Origin: Leptolyngbyaceae cyanobacterium
GTDB lineage: Bacteria > Cyanobacteriota > Cyanobacteriia > Phormidesmidales > Phormidesmidaceae
DNA: 64,000 bases
Direction of reading: 5' to 3'
Assembly: GCA_965263355.1 (NCBI GenBank)
Contig: CBDHHL010000032.1
Span: 928,001 to 992,000 of the forward strand
This document shows, one piece after another, positions 30,502-40,913 of the stretch (its first letter is position 1; each line of letters opens with the position of its first letter). A program made the translations under genes and the position numbers. The notes under the pieces were generated by a model. The model saw only the letters and a program-made list of their open reading frames with translations. It ran no database searches and was not told the DNA's origin.

Positions 30502-31016
30502 AACTCTTTAAAAATCAGGCTCGTGGTTTCCCTTATTAAGCCTTGATTCACTTGATAGGAAAGACTACGTGTATCCAATGCTACGGTTGTTGCGAACTAA
30601 TAAGCATGAATTGATGCATCCACTTTTTTTAGTAATCAAAGGTATTAAGCATTATTTCAAATCGAGTTTTCCTGTTTTTTTTTAAAAAGTGTTGGGCAAT
30701 ACTTAACGTATCAGAATCATTTGCCTCAAGCATGTTCACGTTAAAGGTCTGTAGAGATTTCTGTAGCAAAGTTAACGTTTTGAGCATGAAAAATGGTTGG
30801 CTTAGGTTCTCTTCTATAATGCTTAGTCACTCCCAAAAGAGAGCTGAAGCACGCCTCAAATACCTGTCAACATCATTCGCAAATATAACCGTCCTTAGAG
30901 ACCTTTATGGTTTGAGATTAAACGTTATCGATAATCTCCTGACTTAGTTAAAGCGATCTAGAAACAGTAGTAGGGTTCTGAACTATATGAAACAATCTGT
31001 CCAAGGAAATTAAGGA

Positions 31017-31535
31017 ATGTCAAGAAGACTCTTCACTGGAATCACGTTAGGAATCGTTTCACTCACTGTATTAGCTGGAGCCAGCTATGGGTCTTCTAGC
31101 GAGCCAGTTACTGTCGACGTTTATGGCTCATCCTATAGCATTGAGTTAGACCATGATGCGACGGATCATGTGCTCAGAAATCAACCATGGTGGGGCAATA
31201 AGGAACTCGCCAGTGAACTCTGTGAAGCATTGGTTTATCAGGGTGAAGATATTGCCAGTATTGGCTACAACACAATGGAAATCAGAGGACAAGACTATAT
31301 TGAAGCCTATCTTGTCATGCCTCTCGCCACATGCACTGGTCCTGTTTTAGTTTCGCAAGCAGATATTGGCCAAATGACTAGCGGTACGTTTTTTGTCATT
31401 TCAGGTAATGTTTGCTTAACCAGTAATACTGACGTGCTGAGTAGCCAACTTCGTAAGCATCAGCATCCATATCTTATGCCTCAGAATATAAGCGTACTCA
31501 ATTGTGATTATTTAAACAATTCAATTATGTATTAA
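31017..31535 (+). CDS. Hypothetical exported protein
   Basis: Signal-peptide-like N-terminus, QPWWGN motif and AAGGA upstream. Confidence 0.6.
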   Translation: MSRRLFTGITLGIVSLTVLAGASYGSSSEPVTVDVYGSSYSIELDHDATDHVLRNQPWWGNKELASELCEALVYQGEDIASIGYNTMEIRGQDYIEAYLVMPLATCTGPVLVSQADIGQMTSGTFFVISGNVCLTSNTDVLSSQLRKHQHPYLMPQNISVLNCDYLNNSIMY

Positions 31536-31648
31536 GGGCAATTCTGCATTAAGGGGAACAAACTGGCAAGTTAGTGTTTGTGGGTTAGCAAAGCCTCTAC
31601 AACGGAGAATCCTACTTGTCGTAACGTTAGGCTTTGACTAATATACGT

Positions 31649-31687
31649 AAAAAAAGGAGTCAAAGGCATTCTCGCTTCTGACTCCTA
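31649..31687 (-). terminator. Rho-independent terminator closing the riboswitch-controlled unit
   Basis: Minus strand AGGAGTCAGAAG...CCTTTGACTCC followed by T7. Confidence 0.75.
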
Positions 31688-31715
31688 TCTCTTGCTCCCT
31701 AAATTCTGAACACAC

Positions 31716-31844
31716 TCAATGAATTAAATGCTGACGGCAGCATTCCTGTTTTTGTCGATTAGCTGGACTGCCATAGGGTTTAGTATCCATTACAGAAAAT
31801 AAAACTACCCCTAGACACAGCAACACACTGAATCGAATAAACAT
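31716..31844 (-). CDS. Possible 42-aa ORF (MFIRFSVLLCLGVVLFSVMDTKPYGSPANRQKQECCRQHLIH)
   Basis: Manual translation; hydrophobic N-terminus; lies between the 49-aa ORF and the terminator; no clear RBS. Confidence 0.3.
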   Translation of the reverse strand: MFIRFSVLLCLGVVLFSVMDTKPYGSPANRQKQECCRQHLIH

Positions 31845-31868
31845 TTGAGCAATTAAGTTCAATCCAGC

Positions 31869-32018
31869 TTAAGTGTGAAACTGGCCTTTAAAGAAATCTA
31901 ACGGCTGCCTAAAGGGCGACGAGCCACTAATAACCCAGCACAAAATTGGACAAAATACGATGAAATAAACTGTCAGTACTGCAATTAGTTCAGTAGCAGT
32001 GAACGCATTGGATGTCAT
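31869..32018 (-). CDS. 49-aa single-TM microprotein under glutamine-riboswitch control
   Basis: MTSNAFTATELIAVLTVYFIVFCPILCWVISGSSPFRQPLDFFKGQFHT; perfect AGGAGG RBS 7 nt upstream; below the ORF-track cutoff. Confidence 0.75.
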   Translation of the reverse strand: MTSNAFTATELIAVLTVYFIVFCPILCWVISGSSPFRQPLDFFKGQFHT

Positions 32019-32049
32019 GAGATCGCCTCCTAAAAATATGCATCGAAGA

Positions 32050-32124
32050 GGCGCGTTCCTTCGGGGAAATATCCCTACTTCCGTCCCTTATGTCCGAAAA
32101 TTTTAGAACCAAAGGATGAACGAT
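32050..32124 (-). promoter_or_regulatory. Glutamine riboswitch (glnA RNA motif)
   Basis: Minus strand ATCGTTCATCCTT...AAGGGACGGAAGTAGGG-atattt-CCCCGAAGGAACGCGCC. Shows the P1 CGTTC/GAACG stem and the conserved GACGGAAGTAG and GAAGGAACG segments of the motif. Confidence 0.88.
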
Positions 32125-32134
32125 ATTTGCATCT

Positions 32135-32148
32135 GTATTTTACGCTAC
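32135..32148 (-). promoter_or_regulatory. NtcA box overlapping the -10 element (repressor position)
   Basis: Minus strand GTA-GCGTAAAA-TAC (GTA-N8-TAC) containing TAAAAT, 10 nt upstream of the riboswitch. Confidence 0.75.
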
Positions 32149-32324
32149 AAAAGCCCTAACTAGTCAAGCGGGGCAATCAAAATGTCTACAGTTCATAACA
32201 GAATTAGGCTAATTGGTTACAGCAACTGAAACATATTCTTTTAGCCCAGAATAGCGACCTAACTTTTGATACATGGAGAACCCCTTCTAAGGGAAAATTT
32301 TAACCTTCAATACCTGACGGCTTC

Positions 32325-32759
32325 TTATTGGCTATCTGGATTTATGGGAGCTATATATTCATTATTAGCACGCACGTAACAAGTATATGCAACAGCCGTT
32401 TCATCAATCACCCGACGATGGAGATCAAACATACTGGCACGCACTTTGAGCCATGGCTGCCCATCCACCAGCTCAATGGCATCATTTGTATTGTCAAAAA
32501 CAGACTCTACAACTGCGCCATAGGCGAGGGTCACGATAACCAGGCCGTTGGCATCACGACAGTTAAGCCCTGTTGGATCGGGCTCAATAACCAACCACTG
32601 CCAGTGAGGATAATAGCCTCTATTGCCCCATACTCTGGCGGAGGGGAAGTCACCATTGGTATCAAAGTTTGGCACATCTGCCATCTGCGCCTGTACCGCA
32701 TTTGCAAAAGAAAAAGCACCCAGAAATGAGGCTAGCCATAAGCGAGTCACCATCGCCAT
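32325..32759 (-). CDS. Hypothetical exported protein (possibly SH3b-like)
   Basis: GGAG RBS, signal peptide, W.V.EPDP.GLNCR and CYVRAN..YIAP. Confidence 0.75.
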   Translation of the reverse strand: MAMVTRLWLASFLGAFSFANAVQAQMADVPNFDTNGDFPSARVWGNRGYYPHWQWLVIEPDPTGLNCRDANGLVIVTLAYGAVVESVFDNTNDAIELVDGQPWLKVRASMFDLHRRVIDETAVAYTCYVRANNEYIAPINPDSQ

Positions 32760-32856
32760 ACTCCTAACATCAGCTAGGTCAGAATAACACTGTCCACTTG
32801 CCGAAAATCAGCCAGTGGACAGAGGGCGGGAACCGTCAAAGTTTGTCAGTCTTAGC

Positions 32857-33504
32857 TTAGGCAAGCATATCAAACAGTAGGATTTCAGCATCATCCGACT
32901 GCCCTTGAAGCAAAAGTGTCTCAGCATCTGTAACACCTGCACCATCACCTGCACTAAGAGACTGACCATTAAGCGCTATGCCGCCACGCACCACCTGCAA
33001 CCAGACAGCACGGTTAGCTGAGAGAGTATAGTCAACTTGTTCATCGCGACCATCTTGGGAAACTACCAAGCGTAATTTGCCTTGTTTCTCTTCAGGGCTA
33101 AAGTAGGTTTGTTCATACCCAGGCTCAATACCCTGTTTTTCGGGCAATACCCAAATCTGAAGAAAGTGTACAGGACTGTCTTTTGAAGCATTATACTCAC
33201 TGTGGCTAATGCCAGTACCCGCAGACATTCGCTGCACATCTCCAGGACGGATAATGGAACCATTCCCAATACTGTCCTTATGTTCTAACGATCCATCCAC
33301 AACATAGGAAATAATCTCCATGTCGCGGTGACTGTGGGTAGGAAACCCTTGCCCAGGAGCAACTTTGTCTTCATTGATGACCCGCAGGCTGGAAAAGCCC
33401 ATATGGGCTGGATCATAGTAGCTACCAAAAGAGAATGTGTGACGACTGTCGAGCCAGCCAAAGTTAGCGTTGCCTCTTTCTGATGCTGGGCGAATGGTGA
33501 GCAT
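32857..33504 (-). CDS. Pirin family protein (YhhW-like), apparently with an internal deletion
   Basis: [31 protein letters not shown] and [19 protein letters not shown] before the ATG at 33504. Confidence 0.9.
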   Translation of the reverse strand: MLTIRPASERGNANFGWLDSRHTFSFGSYYDPAHMGFSSLRVINEDKVAPGQGFPTHSHRDMEIISYVVDGSLEHKDSIGNGSIIRPGDVQRMSAGTGISHSEYNASKDSPVHFLQIWVLPEKQGIEPGYEQTYFSPEEKQGKLRLVVSQDGRDEQVDYTLSANRAVWLQVVRGGIALNGQSLSAGDGAGVTDAETLLLQGQSDDAEILLFDMLA

Positions 33505-33674
33505 GATTTTACCTCCGCTAGTTCTATAGAGTGGAACTGATTTAAACCTTGTCCATGTCCAGAAAGATTGTTTCGACTCAGAAGAACCTACAGGTTCCAA
33601 CTTGGACGTGGTTTAGAACTGATTTAATTATGGATTGCAATCCAGAAAATGACAATAACTAATTAAATAGACGA

Positions 33675-33697
33675 ATTGTCACAAAAAAAGAGACAAT
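33675..33697. promoter_or_regulatory. Putative LysR operator
   Basis: ATTGTC-N11-GACAAT inverted repeat between the divergent pirin and LysR genes. Confidence 0.5.
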
Positions 33698-33734
33698 AAA
33701 GTCATTCAAACATCGTTCAAAGGTTACAGGTATC

Positions 33735-34640
33735 GTGGATAAATTTGCGGCTCTTCATGCATTTGTGCGGGTAGTAGAAGCCAGTGGCTTTGCCGCCGCT
33801 GCAAGGGATATGGGCATGTCGCGCTCAGCGGTGAATAAGTTGGTAATTGCCTTGGAAACTGAACTGGGCGTCCGGCTACTACAGCGCAGCACTCGTCAGG
33901 TAACACCCACAGCCACAGGGACTGCCTTTTATGAACGTTGTTTAGGTATTTTGGCCGACCTGGAAGAGGCAGAACTAGCCGTCTCCCAAGAACAAGCTGA
34001 ACCAGTAGGAACATTGCGGATCAACGCGCCTATGACCTTTGGCACATTACATCTAGGATCAGTAATAGCGGAATTTATGACCAAATATCCTACATTACAG
34101 ATACAGCTAACGCTTGAGGATCGGTTTATCGATCCGTTAGCAGAGGGATTTGACCTCACTCTACGCATCGCTGAACCGAACAAGTCCTCTCAGCTAGTGG
34201 TACATGAATTGGCTAAGCTGCCACGCTTGCTATGTGCTGCGCCTAGTTATCTAAAACAGTATGGTACTCCGACATTAGTACAGGACTTAAAAGAGCATAG
34301 CTGTTTAGCTTATGGTGAACTAGCCGGTCGCCATGAATGGCTATTAGATGGACCTGATGGTGAAGTCAGAGTATCTGTAAATGGGGCAATGTGCTCTAAC
34401 AATGGTGAAGTTCTCAGGGACGCTGCCTGTCAGGGGCGAGGCATTGTTCTATTACCTCAATTTATTGTGCAACAGAGTTTGGAGCAGGGAGATCTGCAAA
34501 AGATTGTCTTGGATTATCAGCCTCGGGCTTTGTCTCTATGCGTGATCTATCCAACAAACCGACATCTATCTACTAAGGTGCGGTTGTTAACAGCATTTTT
34601 GCAAGAACGATTTGGAGAACTTTCTGGCTCTCTGAGCTAA
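33735..34640 (+). CDS. LysR family regulator (CrgA-like)
   Basis: [18 protein letters not shown]...[19 protein letters not shown]. Confidence 0.95.
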   Translation: MDKFAALHAFVRVVEASGFAAAARDMGMSRSAVNKLVIALETELGVRLLQRSTRQVTPTATGTAFYERCLGILADLEEAELAVSQEQAEPVGTLRINAPMTFGTLHLGSVIAEFMTKYPTLQIQLTLEDRFIDPLAEGFDLTLRIAEPNKSSQLVVHELAKLPRLLCAAPSYLKQYGTPTLVQDLKEHSCLAYGELAGRHEWLLDGPDGEVRVSVNGAMCSNNGEVLRDAACQGRGIVLLPQFIVQQSLEQGDLQKIVLDYQPRALSLCVIYPTNRHLSTKVRLLTAFLQERFGELSGSLS

Positions 34641-34671
34641 TGTACCTAACGTATTTTTTTCTAGATAACTA

Positions 34672-35106
34672 TCAACCCTTTGCCAATCGCTCACAAACAA
34701 ACTCTTCCATCTCTTCGTAGAGAAATTGAAGCTTTAGACCGGATTCTACATCCCCTATCTGACCACTTAGTTCCCTCAGTTCCCCAACACGATTCGCGAT
34801 CACCTCACTGGAGTCATAAAGGGTATCTGGGGCTATGCCACCCCGGCGTCCAGCTTCCAAAAAGGTAGCTTCCAAGTCCTCCCTAAGATAAGCGGAATCG
34901 ATAATACCATTGGGAAAGCTTACGGCTAAATACGCCCGACACTCTAGTTCCATCCGGTCAACGCTATCACCCAACATGATGGAGTAACCGTCCTGATTCA
35001 CGGTAGTGGCAACTTCAGGGGTATTTTCAGCGGGAATTACCTGGGCGATCGCAGGGGCAACACACGCAGTTAAGGTACCAATGGTAAGTAGTAAAACCGA
35101 TTTCAT
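34672..35106 (-). CDS. Hypothetical exported protein
   Basis: Signal peptide ending AIAQ. Confidence 0.65.
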   Translation of the reverse strand: MKSVLLLTIGTLTACVAPAIAQVIPAENTPEVATTVNQDGYSIMLGDSVDRMELECRAYLAVSFPNGIIDSAYLREDLEATFLEAGRRGGIAPDTLYDSSEVIANRVGELRELSGQIGDVESGLKLQFLYEEMEEFVCERLAKG

Positions 35107-35294
35107 AGATCAACGGGGGATTGGGGAGGCAGCCAGCATGAGAATCTATCCAGATCCTATATCGTTACACTGATGTAACCATGGGTTTTGCCTGATTTTT
35201 AGAGCCTTCTTTAGCTTCTCTTAATGTATTGCCCAGTTTAGGCAGATTACTTCACCTCAAAGCCCAGCCCCCCTATTCATCTAACTTTAATCAC

Positions 35295-35795
35295 CTACCA
35301 CCAGCGCACCGCCAACATTGAAGCTTCAGGAATATCGTCTTCAGCCGGCCAATCAACTGGTTTGTAGGTACCAAAAATGTGGTCCCACCAGTCAAGACCG
35401 AGGCCAAAATTGTGGTGCCACATACCGTACTTGTGATGAACGTAGTGGACGGGCATTTTCATCCAGAAGCATTTGCGAGGGTTTTCATGCTGCAACTGAT
35501 GGGCATAGGCAGAAAAGGCAGCATAAACGAGGGCACCGCTGGTCCAGCCGAACCCGACGATTAAGGAAAAGATAAAGGGAATAGCCATTGCGATCGCACT
35601 TCCCAATACATAGTCTCGAAACTCCCACAATACGCCCTGACCCTCGTTACGACGATGGTGGTCGCGATGGCGCTCACCCACTTTAGGAGACGCATGCATC
35701 AGCCGATGGAGCCAATACTCCACAAAGCTTGCAAACACAAAGGCTGCAACAAAACTAATCGCAAAAATGACAGACTGGGGCATTAGTAACTCCAT
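35295..35795 (-). CDS. Sterol desaturase / fatty acid hydroxylase family protein
   Basis: His boxes HRLMH, HRDHH, HQLQH and HYVHH; NFG...WWD.IFGT. Confidence 0.9.
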   Translation of the reverse strand: MELLMPQSVIFAISFVAAFVFASFVEYWLHRLMHASPKVGERHRDHHRRNEGQGVLWEFRDYVLGSAIAMAIPFIFSLIVGFGWTSGALVYAAFSAYAHQLQHENPRKCFWMKMPVHYVHHKYGMWHHNFGLGLDWWDHIFGTYKPVDWPAEDDIPEASMLAVRWW

Positions 35796-35884
35796 TAAAG
35801 GTAAGCACGAGCTAATAAGCCCGCTACTTCATTTTATTATTGTGAAATCTTTTTAAGAAGACAAGACGTATTGTAAAGTAGCCC

Positions 35885-37567
35885 ATGCCTTACTCTCCCC
35901 TGCAGTTATCCATGTTTGCCCTGGCGATGGCCAGCCAGTGGCAGCAGCGTGCCTTTACTCGCCAGCTGCCCCAAGCAAGCGCTATCCAAGCTCGGTTTTT
36001 GCAAAAATTACTTAAAGAGCAGCAGGGGACGGCCCTAGGACAAGCCTTAAAACTAGATCGCGTTAGTAGCATTGAGGAATTTCGCCAACAGGTTCCCAAA
36101 TGGAACTACGACGGCTATGCTCCATACTTTGAGCGAGCGGCAGCGGGAGAGCCAAACGTGGTATCACCATTCCCGGTACAGAGTTTTAACATGAGCAGCG
36201 GCTCCACCGGCAGCCGTAAACTCATTCCCATTACCAAACGGGTCAAGCAAACTCGAGCCTATGCCAATCAAATAGCCATGGGCTATGCCTTTGAACAATC
36301 TCGTACCCAGGGGGGTAGCATCGGTCAACTATTGCTGACAACCTCAATCGCACCTCTGGGCACAACGAAGGGCGGCATCACTTACGGCCACGTTAGTGGT
36401 AATCAGTTGCGCACCACACCATCGTTTGCATTCAAACAGCTATTTGCTCAGCCCTATGACGCCATGCTGGTGAATGATACTGCCGCCCGCAACTATGTTT
36501 GTTTGCTGTTTGGTCTACAACAGCGATGGCTGACCTACATAGGTGCTAATTTTCCGCTGATCATGCTACAGCTATGCACTTACCTGGAAAAATTTGGCCC
36601 TGACTTAGTCAACGATATTGAACGGGGTAACATTTCCCAAGATATTTTTCTAGAACCAGAGCTGCGCCAATCATTACAACAACAACTATCGCCCCACCCT
36701 CAACGGGCCAAAGAACTGCAAGCTGTACTAGCTGACCATGGTCGGCTGTTACCTCGCTATGTGTGGCCAAATTTGGCATTTTTAATTACTGCCCGAGGCG
36801 GTCCGTCAGATTTTTATTTTGAACGTTTTAATGAGTATTTTGGGAATACCCCCATTTTTGGCGGTACCTATGCTGCGTCAGAAGCTGTCTTTGGGAGCTA
36901 CTGTCAGCTCAATGCCGACGGAGCTATTTTGGCATTAAAAACAAACTTCTTTGAGTTTGTGGCCCCCGATCAGTGGGAACAGGATAATCCTAAAACCTTA
37001 CTGCCCCATCAGTTGGAAATCGGCGAATATTATCGTGTATTAATCACTAACTATTCAGGATTTTGTCGGTATGATATTGGCGATATCTTACAAGTCATAG
37101 GCAAACGCCACGGTGTTCCTATAATTGTTTTTCGCTACCGTCGGGGGGGAACTCTCTCAGCGATTTCAGAAAAAACGACTGAGTATCATGTCACTCAGGT
37201 CATGGCTGCCTTGCAAGGAAACTTACCCATTGAGGATTTTTGTGTCACTCTCTCAGAATCTCTTATCGATCCCTATTATGTGCTCAACATCGAACTTGCA
37301 GGCAACAATAAACTATCTGATCCAAAACAATTTTTAGCCGCGTTTGATCACCATATGCAACAGACCAATGAGTCCTATGGGTTCAAGCGTCAGAAAAATG
37401 ATATTACCCGTCCCCAACTCAATCTTTTAGCGCCGGGCAGCTTTAAGCAGCTGCGGCAGCAAAGGCTGAAACCAGGAATTTCGGATGATGTTCAAGTGAA
37501 ACTAGCTCATATCAGTTGCGATCGCACGCTCCTGGACAGCATCACCATCATCCAACAAATTCGTTAA
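35885..37567 (+). CDS. GH3 family acyl-adenylate/amido synthetase
   Basis: SSGSTG..KLIP, YAASE and RYDIGD. Confidence 0.9.
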   Translation: MPYSPLQLSMFALAMASQWQQRAFTRQLPQASAIQARFLQKLLKEQQGTALGQALKLDRVSSIEEFRQQVPKWNYDGYAPYFERAAAGEPNVVSPFPVQSFNMSSGSTGSRKLIPITKRVKQTRAYANQIAMGYAFEQSRTQGGSIGQLLLTTSIAPLGTTKGGITYGHVSGNQLRTTPSFAFKQLFAQPYDAMLVNDTAARNYVCLLFGLQQRWLTYIGANFPLIMLQLCTYLEKFGPDLVNDIERGNISQDIFLEPELRQSLQQQLSPHPQRAKELQAVLADHGRLLPRYVWPNLAFLITARGGPSDFYFERFNEYFGNTPIFGGTYAASEAVFGSYCQLNADGAILALKTNFFEFVAPDQWEQDNPKTLLPHQLEIGEYYRVLITNYSGFCRYDIGDILQVIGKRHGVPIIVFRYRRGGTLSAISEKTTEYHVTQVMAALQGNLPIEDFCVTLSESLIDPYYVLNIELAGNNKLSDPKQFLAAFDHHMQQTNESYGFKRQKNDITRPQLNLLAPGSFKQLRQQRLKPGISDDVQVKLAHISCDRTLLDSITIIQQIR

Positions 37568-39318
37568 AACGGCGTGTATTGGATGGAAAAATGAATCCCA
37601 CTGTCCTGCAACCCCTCATCATCCGTATCTAAATCCACCAGGGGAATGCCCCAATCCAAACGGGCAGAAAAATTGTCACTCTGTTGCCAGAACAATCCGA
37701 ACCCTGTTCCGACCAAAGTATCTGGACCAGGGGAACTACCATCATCATTCCAAACAGTACCTACGTCTATAAACGGCGTAACCTGCAATACACCATCTAG
37801 CTCCGGAACCCTGGCAATGGGCCAACGCAACTCCGCCGATAACAACGCCCCATTATCACGCCGTAACGCATCTTGTCGATAACCACGAACACTTTGCCCC
37901 CCGCCCAGGCTAAATTCCTCTTGGGGAAGTAAATCATCGGTAGTGAGCTGCACGTCCCCCCGCAAGAGAAACAATCGATCTGGTTTACCCAATAGTTTGA
38001 TCCACTGCCCTTGACCACGCCAGGAAAAGAACCGGCTATCCGGGGCGTCATCATTGATGGTGGCACCGAGTAAATCCACCCCCACGTTGAACTGCGATCG
38101 CAATGCCAATACATGACGCTGACTGCGCTGCGTCCACTCTTGAAAAAACCGTACGGCACTTGTGCGCGTACGACCATTTTCATCGGCACCAGGGGATAGG
38201 GGAAATGGCCCTATATCGTCTAGACCTAAACGGGTTTGACTGGTTTGATGGGATAGGGTAAGACCCAGAGCCGCGTCCTGGGTAGGCGTTTCAATCAAAG
38301 GATGACGATAACCCAGCTCATAGTAAGCACTGTCAGAGGAAATATCGAGCACCGAAAACGCAGAATTAATCACCCGGCTATCGGCGTAACCAGCTGCTAG
38401 ACGCAACGTATCGTTATTAGGACTGACTGGCACAGTGTAGCTAAAGTCCACACCATCACTGCCGTCAGTATGCTTATAATCCAGCGTAACTCGATCACCT
38501 ATACCAAACAGGTTACCTTCATCCACCCCAAGACTGACCTGGGTGCCGCCAATATTAGGCGATCGATTATTGGCCAAACTTGTATTAACTGCAAACGAGT
38601 CCGCCTCAACCACATCAATGACTAGCAAACTCGTCCCTGGCTGGACTCCGGCTTGTAAATCGGCAGATACCGTTTCTATTAATGGATTTAATTGCAATCG
38701 CTGCAGACCAGCCAAAAGTGTATCTACGTTAAGAGGAGGCTGGGCCCCTAATCCCACGCGACTACGAATATAGTCTTTATCTAGACGCCGGGTACCTCTA
38801 ACAACAATATCCTCTAACCGCCCTTCTACTACCTGAATAACGACAGTATTATCAACAACAGTCTGAGGCGGGATCAATGCTCCAGAGGTTAGATAGCCAG
38901 CTTGCACGTACCGATCGGTAATGGCCGAGCGCAACGCTAAAAGCTCATTAAAACTAAGCTGTCGATTACGATATTGATCCAGTAATTCTGCTAAATCCTC
39001 TTCATCGAAAATGGTGCTACCCATAATCTCGATATTTTCCACATAAAACTTAGCCTCCCCTTCTCCCAATCCCTCATCTGGAGGGACCGGTTCACCAGGA
39101 GAAAGAAGTTCATCCGGAGAAGGTAAGGATGGAGGTAAAGGCTCATCCGGTAAGGGGATCTCTGGCAGCGTCTCAGGCGGAATCGGTGATGTTTGAGCCA
39201 CGAGGGCACTTGCAGACGTCTGCACCATGGCCGGATAAACCAGTAAACAGCCGCACTGCCCTAGACCAAATAATATTTTTGTCAACAAAAATGAATAGTA
39301 TTTGTTTCTTAATACCAT
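37564..39318 (-). CDS. TpsB (ShlB/FhaC/HecB) outer-membrane transporter
   Basis: POTRA Y...GY.TS.A.IPPQ, VRGY motif (SVRGYRQD) and a beta-barrel end with terminal F. Confidence 0.92.
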   Translation of the reverse strand: MVLRNKYYSFLLTKILFGLGQCGCLLVYPAMVQTSASALVAQTSPIPPETLPEIPLPDEPLPPSLPSPDELLSPGEPVPPDEGLGEGEAKFYVENIEIMGSTIFDEEDLAELLDQYRNRQLSFNELLALRSAITDRYVQAGYLTSGALIPPQTVVDNTVVIQVVEGRLEDIVVRGTRRLDKDYIRSRVGLGAQPPLNVDTLLAGLQRLQLNPLIETVSADLQAGVQPGTSLLVIDVVEADSFAVNTSLANNRSPNIGGTQVSLGVDEGNLFGIGDRVTLDYKHTDGSDGVDFSYTVPVSPNNDTLRLAAGYADSRVINSAFSVLDISSDSAYYELGYRHPLIETPTQDAALGLTLSHQTSQTRLGLDDIGPFPLSPGADENGRTRTSAVRFFQEWTQRSQRHVLALRSQFNVGVDLLGATINDDAPDSRFFSWRGQGQWIKLLGKPDRLFLLRGDVQLTTDDLLPQEEFSLGGGQSVRGYRQDALRRDNGALLSAELRWPIARVPELDGVLQVTPFIDVGTVWNDDGSSPGPDTLVGTGFGLFWQQSDNFSARLDWGIPLVDLDTDDEGLQDSGIHFSIQYTPF

Positions 39319-39512
39319 AATCCTATTAAACTGCTATGCGGCCACGGTAGAAACGACTAGCTGTCTCAGGATGCCCCGTTTATATTGAAGTATTTAAATT
39401 TTTCAGCAGTATTGATGACGCGGTCTAGGATACCAGATGACACGATACTGGTTACATTTAGTTCAAGTAACATTAATATCGCCTACAAACTCCCTCAATC
39501 TGAGCTATTCGG

Positions 39513-40913
39513 CTAAAACGTTACAGACTGAATCGGCAATGTTAGGGTGAAGCAGGTTCCCTGCCCTAAGGTGGACGCTACATCAATAGAGCCACTATGC
39601 TTATCGACTACAATCTGCCGCACAATAGCTAACCCTAATCCCGTTCCCCGACCAACCTCTTTGGTCGTAAATAAATGATCAAAAATGCGTGGTTTGACGG
39701 CCTCATCAATGCCTGCACCATTATCCTCAATCTTGATCACAATACATTTATCATCTGCTGCTAAACCAGTGCTGACAGTTATTAGGTTTGATCGAGTCTT
39801 AGGAACTTCACAATTCGCTAGTTGGCTAATATCATCTAGCGTATCAATGGCATTTGCCAACAGATTCATAAAAACCTGGTTCAGTTGACCGGCAAAGCAT
39901 TCAATCTCTGGAATATCCTGGTAGTACTTTTTAACCTCGATTTCTGGTCTATTTTCATTGGCCTTGAGGCGATGCCTTAAAATCAACAAGGTACTATTAA
40001 GACCGTCATGCACATCAAACGATACCTTGTGTTCTTCATCTGCCCGTGAAAATGTGCGAAGACTATCACTAATATTGTGAATACGTTCCATACCTGTGGC
40101 CCAGGAAGACAAAAGTTTTTCTAAGTCTTGGCTTAAAAAATCCAGCTCAATCGATTCAATCCGCTCTTGAATAGCTTGCCCTGGGTCTGGAAATGTCTTT
40201 TGGTACAGTTCGATTAACCCTAACAGCTCCTGAATATATTCTCGGAGTGGCTCTAAGTTACCCTGCAAAAAACTAATGGGGTTATTAAGCTCATGGGCTA
40301 CACCTGCCACCAAATTCCCCAATGCCGACATTTTTTCATTTTGGACTAGCTGCAACTGAGCCTGCTGCAGTTTTTTTAGAGAATCTGATAACTCAGCCGT
40401 ACGTTGCTCAACCCTATGTTCAAGGTCTTGGGCTAATTGGTGGAGCCGAGATTCTGCCACAGTTTTTTCAGCAATCTCCTGGGTTAACAGTTCATTCTTT
40501 TCTTCTAACGCTTGAGTAAGAAATTTCAGGTGCAAATGAAGTTTGACACGCGCGATGACTTCTTTTTGCTGAAAGGGTTTAGTGATGTAGTCTACGGCCC
40601 CCATCTCTAATCCTTGCACCTTGTACTTAGAATCTGAAAGGGCCGTCATAAAAATGATGGGTATCGCCTGGGTCTCAGTATTGGCTTTTAGCCGTTGACA
40701 GGTTTCGAAACCATCAATTCCAGGCATCATCACATCCAACAAAATAAGATTAGGCTGCGCATATTTAGCCTGTTCAATCGCAGATACTCCATCGGTAGCC
40801 ACCAGCATTGTCCAATCATTGCCTTTAAGGGCATCAGACAGCACCTTTAAGTTAGTGGGCTTATCGTCCACTAACAATATCCGCACTGGCTGATCAAAGG
40901 AGCTGCTGGTCAT
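39513..40913 (-). CDS. Cytoplasmic REC-histidine kinase
   Basis: [24 protein letters not shown] box and G boxes. Confidence 0.93.
   Translation of the reverse strand: MTSSSFDQPVRILLVDDKPTNLKVLSDALKGNDWTMLVATDGVSAIEQAKYAQPNLILLDVMMPGIDGFETCQRLKANTETQAIPIIFMTALSDSKYKVQGLEMGAVDYITKPFQQKEVIARVKLHLHLKFLTQALEEKNELLTQEIAEKTVAESRLHQLAQDLEHRVEQRTAELSDSLKKLQQAQLQLVQNEKMSALGNLVAGVAHELNNPISFLQGNLEPLREYIQELLGLIELYQKTFPDPGQAIQERIESIELDFLSQDLEKLLSSWATGMERIHNISDSLRTFSRADEEHKVSFDVHDGLNSTLLILRHRLKANENRPEIEVKKYYQDIPEIECFAGQLNQVFMNLLANAIDTLDDISQLANCEVPKTRSNLITVSTGLAADDKCIVIKIEDNGAGIDEAVKPRIFDHLFTTKEVGRGTGLGLAIVRQIVVDKHSGSIDVASTLGQGTCFTLTLPIQSVTF

Noticed and set aside
30732..30947. 71-aa ORF in an AT-rich spacer
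   Set aside because: No RBS or motif; probably the promoter region of 31017..31535.
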